Assembly: GCA_021787535.1 (NCBI GenBank)
Contig: JAJYLR010000001.1
Coordinates: forward strand, 147,648-211,647
DNA: 64,000 nt
Reading direction: 5' to 3'
Source of the DNA: a bacterium
GTDB taxonomy: Bacteria > Patescibacteriota > CPR2 > UBA1875 > JAJYID01
Numbering within the stretch: the first letter of the stretch is position 1; the number at the start of each line of letters is the position of its first letter. A program made the position numbers and the translations under genes. Below the pieces are notes generated by a model. The model saw nothing but the letters and a program-made list of their open reading frames with translations, had not been told where the DNA came from and searched no databases. Positions 40,954 to 52,113 of this stretch are shown here, one piece after another.

Positions 40954-41268
40954 ATGTCAGAAGAACAATCAATGGATGATTTACGTCATGAAATGTATGA
41001 CGAAGATAGAGTTCAAGATCCAGAAAAGGCTCGTGTTATGGCGGAAGCAGAAAGGCCACATCAAGAAAAGGCTAATGAGCGTTTCGATTACGCAAAGAGA
41101 TTGGAAAGTATCGCGGAAGAAATACGATCAGAATATCCGGAAGAAGCAGGTAAGCTTCTTGATGTTGTTGAACAACTCAATCAAGATGCCAATTGGGGAG
41201 ATCTCAATATGGCAGACAGTAAGGGTCAAGAAGCAGGCGAAAAATACGATTCAGAAAAAAGTGATTAG
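40954..41268 (+). CDS. hypothetical acidic protein
   Basis: 104 aa, highly acidic; preceded by TTGACA-16-TATATT promoter and GGAGAC RBS. Confidence 0.35.
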   Translation: MSEEQSMDDLRHEMYDEDRVQDPEKARVMAEAERPHQEKANERFDYAKRLESIAEEIRSEYPEEAGKLLDVVEQLNQDANWGDLNMADSKGQEAGEKYDSEKSD

Positions 41269-41535
41269 TATTTCAAGAGCCACAAGAACTTGTCTATGCA
41301 GAGAGCTTCTCTAAGTGCTGTTTTAGCCCATTTAGAAGGGAAATCTCACTTTTGGTATAGTTCGAATAACGTAGCACCTGGTCTCCTTTTGTTTTCAAGT
41401 TGCGAACTATTTACATGATATTTGCCTTGTCAGTATATTGATATTGCGTTATATGGGTAAGCATTTAGGCTAAACCGTGCTTGCTTCGTCAGCTTTCTTA
41501 TTGAAAATGTTAATGTTATATGTCAAGATATTGAT

Positions 41536-41982
41536 ATGATAAAGTGTCCATATTGCAGGGAAGATTTTAATGACGTCAAAAACAGCCGTTCGACATACAA
41601 TGGCTCGCAAGTTTGGCGGCGGAGACTCTGCCGGAAATGCGGCAAAACATTTACCACTTATGAGAAAGTGCGGCCGGACTTTCTTTTTGTCATTAAAAAA
41701 TCGGGAAGAAAAGAAAGGTATTCTCGCGAAAACATCTACTCAGGTATTTATCGCGCTGCTCTGGACTGGAAGGATAAGGAAAAGATTGTCAACAAGATAG
41801 TAGATATAGTCGAGTCGAAAATCCTGGATCTTGGGGAAAAGGAGGTAAAGACATCTGAGATTTCAGACATAGTCCTGAAAGTCTTGAAGCACTCAAACAT
41901 TAAAACATTTGTTCGCTTTCTAACATACAACAAACAGCCGCAAGGTGAGGAGGAGTTCACCAAACTCTTTAGAAAATACTAG
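41536..41982 (+). CDS. nrdR: transcriptional repressor NrdR
   Basis: N-terminal zinc ribbon MIKCPYC...RRRLCRKCGKTFTTYE and ATP-cone; 148 aa. Confidence 0.8.
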   Translation: MIKCPYCREDFNDVKNSRSTYNGSQVWRRRLCRKCGKTFTTYEKVRPDFLFVIKKSGRKERYSRENIYSGIYRAALDWKDKEKIVNKIVDIVESKILDLGEKEVKTSEISDIVLKVLKHSNIKTFVRFLTYNKQPQGEEEFTKLFRKY

Positions 41983-42075
41983 TTTTGTTGTATAATTGCT
42001 TTAGAAGTCAAAGAAAATCGGAGGCAAACTCTGATTTTTTAAACTCGTATCTTGATATAGGAAGGCGGACAAATC

Positions 42076-42276
42076 ATGAAAAGTTTTGTGATCGGCTTTA
42101 CTCTGATAGTTATAACTGTGTTACTGACTATCATATTTAATGTGACAAATGTTGTTCCGGGCTCATTCCTGCATTTCATTATAGCTTCTGTTGCATTCGC
42201 ATCACTGATTATCGGTATATGGTTTATATATGGTTGGTTTGACTCAAAACTATTTCCAAAAAAAGGGGGTCAGTAA
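42076..42276 (+). CDS. small 2-TM membrane protein
   Basis: 66 aa, two hydrophobic helices, basic tail. Confidence 0.4.
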   Translation: MKSFVIGFTLIVITVLLTIIFNVTNVVPGSFLHFIIASVAFASLIIGIWFIYGWFDSKLFPKKGGQ

Positions 42277-42277
42277 G

Positions 42278-42499
42278 GTGAAAAAGATTTTGTTGGTTAT
42301 ATGGCTCCTAGTGCTGGCTGAGGTAGTTACATTTATTATCCCGCCTCATTTTGAGCAGAAAGCTGATCTGTCTTTTGAGGCCTGGCTAGTTCTCGGTCTC
42401 ATGCCCGGCAGCTTTGGGTTGGGTCTCCTGTTTGCATGGTTGCCCCCAAGGGAAAAAAAGAGCGGTTCTGGCCGTGTTTGGTCTCGTCCGATGCGATAA
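42278..42499 (+). CDS. small 2-TM membrane protein
   Basis: GTG start 2 nt after upstream stop with GGGGG RBS; two hydrophobic helices. Confidence 0.4.
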   Translation: MKKILLVIWLLVLAEVVTFIIPPHFEQKADLSFEAWLVLGLMPGSFGLGLLFAWLPPREKKSGSGRVWSRPMR

Positions 42500-42517
42500 T
42501 TAAAACGGAGGTGAGTG

Positions 42518-42721
42518 ATGGCGCTAGACCCTGAGAAACCTTCTAGTATTTGCCATAATCCGGACTCTGTATTTTACGAGACCGAGCCATGTGAGTGCGC
42601 GTCCTGCAAATTCACCAATGATAGCCATCGTTGCGTGGATGATCCGTGTAATGGATGCGAAGAACCGACAGTTGATTGCGGTATTTCAGAACAAATCAAA
42701 AAAGAAGAAAGAGGCGAATGA
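42518..42721 (+). CDS. small Cys-rich soluble protein (8 Cys)
   Basis: GGAGG RBS; CHNP...CECASC...CVDDPCNGCEEPTVDC. Confidence 0.4.
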   Translation: MALDPEKPSSICHNPDSVFYETEPCECASCKFTNDSHRCVDDPCNGCEEPTVDCGISEQIKKEERGE

Positions 42722-42722
42722 A

Positions 42723-43034
42723 ATGGCAATATTCAAACCCAATGCGTCCAGGGAAACAAAAGTTCTGATAACGGGATTTCTGATGACTTTTCTGGGGGTT
42801 GTCGCAGTCATTGCGATCGTGGCTCTTTTCCCCGATCAGTATGAAATGCCATTCATCCCCGTATCCGTGCTAAGCTTGCCTGGGTTAGCTTTGATGCTGA
42901 TCTTCTGGTTCAAAGCGCCTAAGTATGCTTGCAAATATGACAGGGGACTCTGTGATGGGCACTGCAGAGACAAAAAACAGCGCATCATTTGTCCTGAATA
43001 TGGCAAATGTTCAGAACATGATTTAAGCGGATGA
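42723..43034 (+). CDS. small 2-TM membrane protein with Cys-rich C-terminal tail
   Basis: ATG 2 nt after upstream TGA; two helices then CKYDRGLCDGHCRD...CPEYGKC. Confidence 0.4.
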   Translation: MAIFKPNASRETKVLITGFLMTFLGVVAVIAIVALFPDQYEMPFIPVSVLSLPGLALMLIFWFKAPKYACKYDRGLCDGHCRDKKQRIICPEYGKCSEHDLSG

Positions 43035-43050
43035 CCGGAAGGAGGACTAG

Positions 43051-43242
43051 ATGTCCAAGAGGTTATTTCTACGGACTATGGAACTTGTCTTGGCGATCAT
43101 TTTGATCGTACTGGCCTGGCAATATGTCGATTTCATCAGGATTAAACCCTTCTGGGGAAGTGCTAGTCTGATTCTTTGGACTGTCGGTGTGCCAATGGCT
43201 ATCATGAAAAATCGGGCTATGCATCATATACGAGGTGAGTGA
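43051..43242 (+). CDS. small 2-TM membrane protein
   Basis: GGAAGGAGG RBS; 63 aa. Confidence 0.4.
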   Translation: MSKRLFLRTMELVLAIILIVLAWQYVDFIRIKPFWGSASLILWTVGVPMAIMKNRAMHHIRGE

Positions 43243-43247
43243 AGTTG

Positions 43248-43499
43248 ATGACCAGAGGAGAATTGTTTAAAGCCAAGTACGGCCTTAGCTTGAGCGGGGT
43301 ATTTTGGTTTATGACTGTCTTTATTCTGGTGATTGTGGCGATGATCGGATTAGCTTTAGTATTCGCTGATCTCAACCATCATTACTTCGTTCAAGCGGTG
43401 GGTTTTCTCATTGTTTCCGGTGTATTGGCAGTCTGCCTTTTCATTCTCGGATTCATAGCCCGCCGGTACGATCGCCAGCCAATTAAGAGAGTGAGGTGA
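43248..43499 (+). CDS. small 2-TM membrane protein
   Basis: overlaps upstream stop; alternative GTG 43239 or TTG 43245. Confidence 0.4.
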   Translation: MTRGELFKAKYGLSLSGVFWFMTVFILVIVAMIGLALVFADLNHHYFVQAVGFLIVSGVLAVCLFILGFIARRYDRQPIKRVR

Positions 43500-43505
43500 G
43501 GGAAG

Positions 43506-43652
43506 GTGAAAGATAGTCAAGAAGGAACGCGGGGTGAAAATTCAGATGTTTCGGTTGAGTACCAAACCGTAGACCCTGCCTGCGAGATGTGTATGCTGGA
43601 ATGCGAGAGGTGTGGACTTGGCATTCCACTTGAAAAGCAGGGGAATCGGTGA
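43506..43652 (+). CDS. putative 48-aa Cys-rich peptide (two CxxC pairs)
   Basis: GTG after GAGGTGAGG RBS; CEMCMLECERCG; below ORF-track size cutoff; followed by two mutually exclusive hairpins. Confidence 0.25.
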   Translation: MKDSQEGTRGENSDVSVEYQTVDPACEMCMLECERCGLGIPLEKQGNR

Positions 43653-43668
43653 AACGCTCGCTTTTATG

Positions 43669-43718
43669 GCGGGGACAAGAGAAGTGGTCTTGTCCCCGCC
43701 ACAGAGGGGACTTTTTTG
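43669..43718 (+). terminator. two mutually exclusive hairpins: 12-bp stem GGCGGGGACAAG/CTTGTCCCCGCC versus terminator GTCCCC-loop-GGGGAC + TTTTTT
   Basis: read from sequence. Confidence 0.5.
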
Positions 43719-43846
43719 AAAAAAGAGTCCTTTTTTTCTTTTTATGAAAGAAGGTCGGATCTTTCTAGTACCCGCCAGGTCCGAACCTCAAAACAAATCC
43801 AAAATAGATTCCCGACTTCACGGAATAACAGAAAGGTTGCAAAAGT

Positions 43847-43875
43847 ATTGTCAAACCTCGCCAAAATCTGTATAA
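43847..43875 (+). promoter_or_regulatory. promoter TTGTCA-17-TATAAT upstream of uvrA
   Basis: read from sequence. Confidence 0.5.
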
Positions 43876-43961
43876 TGGAGAGGTTTCTGGCGCCTCCTGC
43901 AAACGGGGGAATGGATTTTTGGCTTACACAGTGCATAAATTTTTAATATTTTGAGGGCAAT

Positions 43962-46786
<2,825 letters not shown>

Positions 46787-46787
<1 letters not shown>

Positions 46788-47545
46788 TGGCTTATTTTCG
46801 TGAAAGAAATAAATTGCATATTGAATACTCTGGTAATGAAGAAGTGTCTGAAAGCTTGAGAAATAGACTGATAGCTATACATAAAAAATATACTAATTAT
46901 TCTACCAATTATGGTCGATATATTAAGAAAACGAATTTAGAGCATGAGCTTCTGATTCATCTAGAAAACTCAGATTATATTAACATCTTATGCAATGAAC
47001 CTTATGATTCTGTTTTTGAAGCAGTAGAAATTTTCATTGAGCTAGCAGGAAAGGATGCTCATAACAATATTGGTGCTATTATTGTTGAGATCGAAAGAGC
47101 CTTTCTTTTGTCCGGAAGTGTTTATGAGATTGACAAACAATGTCAAATTTCCCTAAAAGTAGACCGAAAAACAGCAGAAAGATTAAATGATATTGAAGCC
47201 ATTTTTGATCAGGATGCTAAGGAAAAATTTTTTGATTCAGTTGGTAAATTTCTATCTCGGAAGTTAGCACCCAAGGACACAATTAAAGATGTTTTTGTCG
47301 CCTTTGAAGATTATTTGAAAGAAAAGTTAGCTGTAAAGGACTATTCAAAAGCGATCGAAAAGCTGAAAAAAGAAGGAATAATTTCAAATACTCAAAAGGC
47401 TTTATTAGAAAAAATTTATGCTTATAGGTCTGATACTTATGGTGTCACTCATGCTGGTAACTCCGAAGAACCAAAAGAACTAGAAGCAGTTTGGTTTATA
47501 GATACTGTTTCGGCGCAAATTATTTATCTTTCCAAGAAAATTTAG
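46787..47545 (+). CDS. hypothetical protein (AT-rich island gene 1)
   Basis: TAATG overlap with uvrA stop; very Lys/Ile/Asn-rich; C-terminal R-x7-H (RSDTYGVTH) loosely HEPN-like. Confidence 0.35.
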
Positions 47546-47655
47546 TTGTTTTGGCACAGAAAAAAGGAACAAAAATTTGGTAAAGTGGACGCAGAAAAAT
47601 TTTTTTGAAACAAAGCCAAAATACGGTATAATTATAAGGTAATAAAGGATTCCCT

Positions 47656-48174
47656 ATGGGTTTTCAAGAACAAATCATAGCTACTTTTATTGGTGCACTT
47701 TCAGGTTTTATTTTTTCAATAGCGGTTTTTTATATAACAGAAAAAATTAGACAAGCAAATTATAACTCTAATCTGGCAAAAAATATTCAAAAAGAAGCCG
47801 ATTTCAACGTTAGTTTACTTGATACCATCAAAGAAGAAATTGACGAACTACTAAGAAAAATCTCAGCAAATGATGCCGGCCATATTTATACAATATTTAA
47901 ATATGATCAATTACAGAAAAACTTTCTCCAACAAGCTCTTTGGAATGGTTACTTATACGAAAAGTTGGAAACAGAAGATATATATAAAGTTCAAGAAATG
48001 TGGAGCTTTTTTATGCCGTCTTCCAATCAGTTCGATATAGGTAACGTTGAGCTACTAAAGTCCGGGCAAATGACTCAAGCTGATGCCCTGAATCGTTTTG
48101 AATATGTTAAGAAGAAAATCATAGAATTTAAAAAATTTAATAAAGATCTGAAAAAGAAATTCACGAACAAATAG
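47656..48174 (+). CDS. hypothetical N-terminally membrane-anchored protein (AT-rich island gene 2)
   Basis: TM helix IIATFIGALSGFIFSIAVFYI, no known motif. Confidence 0.35.
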   Translation: MGFQEQIIATFIGALSGFIFSIAVFYITEKIRQANYNSNLAKNIQKEADFNVSLLDTIKEEIDELLRKISANDAGHIYTIFKYDQLQKNFLQQALWNGYLYEKLETEDIYKVQEMWSFFMPSSNQFDIGNVELLKSGQMTQADALNRFEYVKKKIIEFKKFNKDLKKKFTNK

Positions 48175-48491
48175 ACGGACATATCAAGATCGCTTGACTG
48201 TTTTGTTTCTCAACCCCGATTTAATTTTTGTGCTAAAAACCCTAAACCCCAAGTGACACAAACTTTGCCTACCCTCCTTCACCAAGGTTACGGGCGGACA
48301 GGTCGTCCAACTTTGTGTCACCTCAACTCCCGCATTTGTGCTAAAGAGATTCAGAGAAGAGTATAAAACACAAAATACAAAACACGGCATGGTGGCATTT
48401 CTGTACGATCACTCCTAAAGAAATAACCTTCAGTTCAATTCTGTGCTAAAATAGGAGGTGTAGTTTAGTGTTGCATAAATAATTTGAACAT

Positions 48492-50045
48492 ATGGATGTG
48501 AAAAGGGAAGTTAAAAAATTGCCGGCGAGTCCGGGGGTATACATTTACCGCAACTCGCGGGGCAGAATAATCTATATTGGCAAAGCGATTTCAATTCGTC
48601 ATCGGGTGAGCCAGTATTTTCAAGATGCGCGGGGATTGGATGATAAGACGCGGAGGCTGGTGCCCGAGATAGCCAAGATTGAATATATAAAGACAGGTTC
48701 TGAGGTAGAGGCATTAATCTTGGAAGCGGAGCTCATCAAGCGCTACAAGCCGAAGTTTAACATCCAGTGGAAGGACGATAAAAACTATGTCTATATCAAA
48801 ATCACGGCTGAGGATTACCCGCAGGTATCTTTGGTTAGACAGATCGTAGACGATAAAGCGCGCTACATCGGTCCCTTTGTCAGTGCCGGAGCGGTAAGAG
48901 GGCTTCTGAGATATGTCCGGAGGATATTTATGTTTAGGCATTGTGAGAACATGCCTCAGAAAGTTTGCCTGCAATACTCTATCGGCAACTGTACGGGTCC
49001 GTGCCAAAAATACATAACAAAGGCCGAATACAACAAAAACATTCGCAGGATGATCAAGCTTTTTCAGGGTAAGACCAAGGAGATTGAGAGGGAATTTAGT
49101 CGGGAGATGAAGCAGGCAGCTAAGAATGAGGATTTTGAGAAGGCGGCCATGTATAGGAATAGGTTGATGTGGTTGAAAAAGATTAAAACGATCGAGCTAG
49201 ATAAAGAAGATTTTGATTCCGGACAAGCCAGAATGACGAGGGATAAGGGATTAATCGGTTTGCGGGACGCACTGGACCTTGGCTCGGTTCCGAAGCGGAT
49301 AGAGTGTTATGACATCTCTAATATATTCGGAAAAGCGGCGGTGGGCTCAATGGTAGTTTTTATAGACGGGCTGCCGGATAAAGCGCACTACAGGAGGTTT
49401 GAGATTAAGACGGTAGATAAGATTTCGGATACTGATATGATCAAGGAAGTTCTCTCGAGAAGGTTCAGAAAATTCACCGATTCTGGACAAGCCAGAATGA
49501 CAAAGCAAAGGGATTCTTCGCGGAGTTTATCCGTCTTTGGCGGGCTTAGAATGACAGGGAAGGATAGCGTGGACAAATCTTTTACTCAAGTACCTGACCT
49601 CATTATCATCGACGGCGGGAAGGGCCAGCTGTCGGTGGCGGAGAAGGCGCTCAATGAGTATAGCCTGCATCTAAACTTGGTGTCGCTTGCCAAAAGGCGC
49701 GAGGAGATATTCAAGAAGGATTATGGTCAAGCCAGAATGACGAGGGTAGGCAAGCAAAACGGAAATTTTCAGAAAATTACACTGCCGGAAGGCTCTGAGA
49801 GCTTGTATTTGGTTCAGCGCATTCGTGATGAGGCACACAGATTTGCCATAACTTATCACAGAAGCAAGCGCGGCAAGGAGATGGAAGCGTCAAATCTGGA
49901 TGCCATATCTGGTATTGGCCCAAAAACCAAAAAAAAGCTTCTTAGAAATTTTGGTTCACTTGAAAACATAAGAAAAGCATCAAAAGAAGATTTAGCCGAG
50001 ATAGTCGGCGGGAAACTGGCTCAAAAGATCAAAGAAAAACTTTAG
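48492..50045 (+). CDS. uvrC: excinuclease ABC subunit C (compact, with 3-4 in-frame palindromic-repeat insertions)
   Basis: GIY-YIG (VYIYRNSRGRIIYIGKA), UVR domain, endonuclease domain, C-terminal (HhH)2 ISGIGPKTKKKLL; repeated SGQARMT peptides. Confidence 0.9.
   Translation: MDVKREVKKLPASPGVYIYRNSRGRIIYIGKAISIRHRVSQYFQDARGLDDKTRRLVPEIAKIEYIKTGSEVEALILEAELIKRYKPKFNIQWKDDKNYVYIKITAEDYPQVSLVRQIVDDKARYIGPFVSAGAVRGLLRYVRRIFMFRHCENMPQKVCLQYSIGNCTGPCQKYITKAEYNKNIRRMIKLFQGKTKEIEREFSREMKQAAKNEDFEKAAMYRNRLMWLKKIKTIELDKEDFDSGQARMTRDKGLIGLRDALDLGSVPKRIECYDISNIFGKAAVGSMVVFIDGLPDKAHYRRFEIKTVDKISDTDMIKEVLSRRFRKFTDSGQARMTKQRDSSRSLSVFGGLRMTGKDSVDKSFTQVPDLIIIDGGKGQLSVAEKALNEYSLHLNLVSLAKRREEIFKKDYGQARMTRVGKQNGNFQKITLPEGSESLYLVQRIRDEAHRFAITYHRSKRGKEMEASNLDAISGIGPKTKKKLLRNFGSLENIRKASKEDLAEIVGGKLAQKIKEKL
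49215..49750 (+). repeat. three to four hairpin-repeat copies inserted in frame in uvrC (49215-49237, 49479-49502, 49511-49556, 49728-49750)
   Basis: each read in same frame giving (D)SGQARMT. Confidence 0.8.
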
Positions 50046-50108
50046 AACAAGTATAATTGACAAAACATCTCCTGAAATATAAACTGAGTCCATTTACAAG
50101 GAAGAATA

Positions 50109-51077
50109 ATGAAAAAAGTAGTTGTGATTGGGGGAGGTACAGGTAACTATGTAGTGCTCTCCGGACTGAAAAAATATGATCTGGATATTTCAGCAATTGT
50201 CAGCATGGCAGATGATGGAGGATCTACAGGTATTTTGCGTGACGAAATGGGAGTATTGCCCCCCGGGGATGTCAGGCAATGTCTGGTAGCTCTCTCTGAG
50301 TCATCTAAAGAACTTCGGGAACTTTTTAACTATCGTTTTGAAACCGGCAAATTGGCCGGCCATAGCTTTGGGAATTTATTTTTATCAGCCCTTGAAAAAA
50401 TTGCCGGGAGTTTTGGACAAGCTGTCGAAGAGGCTGAGAAGATATTATGTACCAAAGGCAGGGTGTTGCCGGTCACTTATGACGAGGTTGTTCTGCAAGC
50501 TGATCTCGGAAATGGCCGGATAGTAAAAGGACAGATGAATATTGATAAGATAGGAATGTATAAATATCCGGATAAAAAGCTTTTTATAAAACCGCCGGCA
50601 AAGATTAATCCTGACGCTGATAGAGCGATCAGAGAAGCGGATCTGGTTGTAATTGCTCCGGGATCTCTATACTCAAGTTTACTTCCCAACTTGCTGGTCG
50701 AAGGGGTGCCAAATGCTCTCAAGCAGACGAAAGCCAGAGCCCTATATATTTGTAACTTAGTTAATAAACCAAATGAAACCCGGGGTTATACGGTTTGTGA
50801 CTATGTCGCAGAACTTGAAAAAGCAGGGCATAGAGAAATCGACATGGTGATTTATAATACCAAGAAACCAAAAAACAAAGTACTCGAAAGATATGTTAAG
50901 CAAAATGAGCTTTTGGTGGGAGAATGCCAGGCATCTTCCAGATATAAATTGCTTGAAGATGACGTATTGAAAGACGCTATCACTTCTCAGAAGAAAGGCG
51001 ATTTAATGAATCGGTCTTTCATCCGCCACGACAGCGATAAACTGGCATCTATCATTATGAATATTCTGGAGGAGTAA
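50109..51077 (+). CDS. YvcK/CofD-family gluconeogenesis factor (UPF0052)
   Basis: VVIGGGTGNYVVLSGL...MADDGGSTG signature. Confidence 0.8.
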   Translation: MKKVVVIGGGTGNYVVLSGLKKYDLDISAIVSMADDGGSTGILRDEMGVLPPGDVRQCLVALSESSKELRELFNYRFETGKLAGHSFGNLFLSALEKIAGSFGQAVEEAEKILCTKGRVLPVTYDEVVLQADLGNGRIVKGQMNIDKIGMYKYPDKKLFIKPPAKINPDADRAIREADLVVIAPGSLYSSLLPNLLVEGVPNALKQTKARALYICNLVNKPNETRGYTVCDYVAELEKAGHREIDMVIYNTKKPKNKVLERYVKQNELLVGECQASSRYKLLEDDVLKDAITSQKKGDLMNRSFIRHDSDKLASIIMNILEE

Positions 51078-51078
51078 A

Positions 51079-51207
51079 ATGAAAAAGGATTGGGAAGAGG
51101 AAGAAGAAAATCTCAAAAACCCCCGCAAGAGAAAAACGGAGAAAAAGAAAATGAAAGTTTCGGGGAAGGGTGTTTTTAAGATACAGAAACAGTTGAAGAA
51201 GAAATAG
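51079..51207 (+). CDS. putative 42-aa highly basic/acidic small protein
   Basis: ATG 9 nt after GGAGGAG and 1 nt after yvcK stop; no homology recognised. Confidence 0.2.
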   Translation: MKKDWEEEEENLKNPRKRKTEKKKMKVSGKGVFKIQKQLKKK

Positions 51208-51216
51208 GTTGAGTTC

Positions 51217-51239
51217 GTCATTCTGGCTTATCCAGAATC
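51217..51239 (-). repeat. hairpin repeat, reverse orientation (GTCATTCTGGCTTATCCAGAATC)
   Basis: family consensus. Confidence 0.8.
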
Positions 51240-51600
51240 TATTGTTAAAAAATATTTATTTTTCAACTTTTGGCAGCAAAAGTTAAGCAAAACTGCCGAC
51301 TAGGGCGGCGACAAAGTGTCTCATTTCGTCTCGTTCGGGTTTGAAAAACCACAACTCCTTTCAGTCGGGTTAAAACCAAGTGGTCTTTTCAAATTCTTCA
51401 CTCATCTCATGCTCGCTTTGTCTTCGATAGTCGGAATTATTTAGATTAAAGCATTTAGATGTACTTATGTATCTTTTTCTGCTAGACTTTGGAAACAATT
51501 CCCGGAGATACCGGGTCGGCCCGAAAGGGTTAAGGTGGTTCTCTGCCACGTAACAGAGAAAGGATTCCCTGCCTAAATAGGGAAAAAGGAGGTGGCTTAA

Positions 51601-52002
51601 ATGGCCACGGCACTTACAGAATGTTTATTTGTCGTACCTGAAGGGTTCTCATTTCGTCACAAGTACAAGTGCGACCAGGGGCCGAGCGATAACCTGATCG
51701 ACGCTTCGCACAAAGCTACGAAAGAGCCAGGTTTCGAACATGATATAGAGTTTAAGGGGCGTCTGGCTTTCTATACCGATTATAATGTTGGTGACCATAA
51801 TCACTGGAGGTATGTAGAGCTGACGAAGAAAGAGGGCAAACTCAAGAGGTACAGGTACTACTGCTATCCTTTGGCTGTTCAATGGCTACCAAAGAACAGA
51901 GCACATCTCCTATGTTTGGAAACATCCGGTGTAATATTGATCATTAAAAATTACAACTACCGGAACGGCAAGGGTGATGTCTATGTTTACAGCCAGTTTT
52001 AG
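51601..52002 (+). CDS. hypothetical protein
   Basis: 133-aa ORF with AAGGAGGTG RBS after a long structured leader; terminator downstream. Confidence 0.35.
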   Translation: MATALTECLFVVPEGFSFRHKYKCDQGPSDNLIDASHKATKEPGFEHDIEFKGRLAFYTDYNVGDHNHWRYVELTKKEGKLKRYRYYCYPLAVQWLPKNRAHLLCLETSGVILIIKNYNYRNGKGDVYVYSQF

Positions 52003-52019
52003 GCCAAGAGCTTAATCGT

Positions 52020-52069
52020 CCCACCAAGTAATGCGGAGAAATCCGCCTTACGAGGTGGGTTTCTTTTTG
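52020..52069 (+). terminator. branched hairpin (CCCACC...GGTGGG) followed by TTTCTTTTT
   Basis: read from sequence. Confidence 0.45.
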
Positions 52070-52077
52070 GAAATAAA

Positions 52078-52106
52078 TTTACTTCATTCGCTTTTTCTGC
52101 TAGAAT
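52078..52106 (+). promoter_or_regulatory. extended -10 promoter (TTTACT-17-TGcTAGAAT) placing TSS at or next to secG ATG (leaderless); same TTTTTCTGCTAGAnT motif at 51474-51488
   Basis: read from sequence. Confidence 0.4.
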
Positions 52107-52113
52107 TACACTC

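Noticed and set aside
43716-43946. 76-aa + strand ORF upstream of uvrA
   Set aside because: Region contains the uvrA promoter (TTGTCA-17-TATAAT) and a degenerate hairpin repeat; no RBS, overlapping antisense ORF equally long; treated as non-coding.
48223-48456. Possible CRISPR array (three direct repeats with spacers)
   Set aside because: Repeats are degenerate (not near-identical), only three copies, spacers ~75 bp (too long), no cas genes; better explained as operator-like direct repeats.
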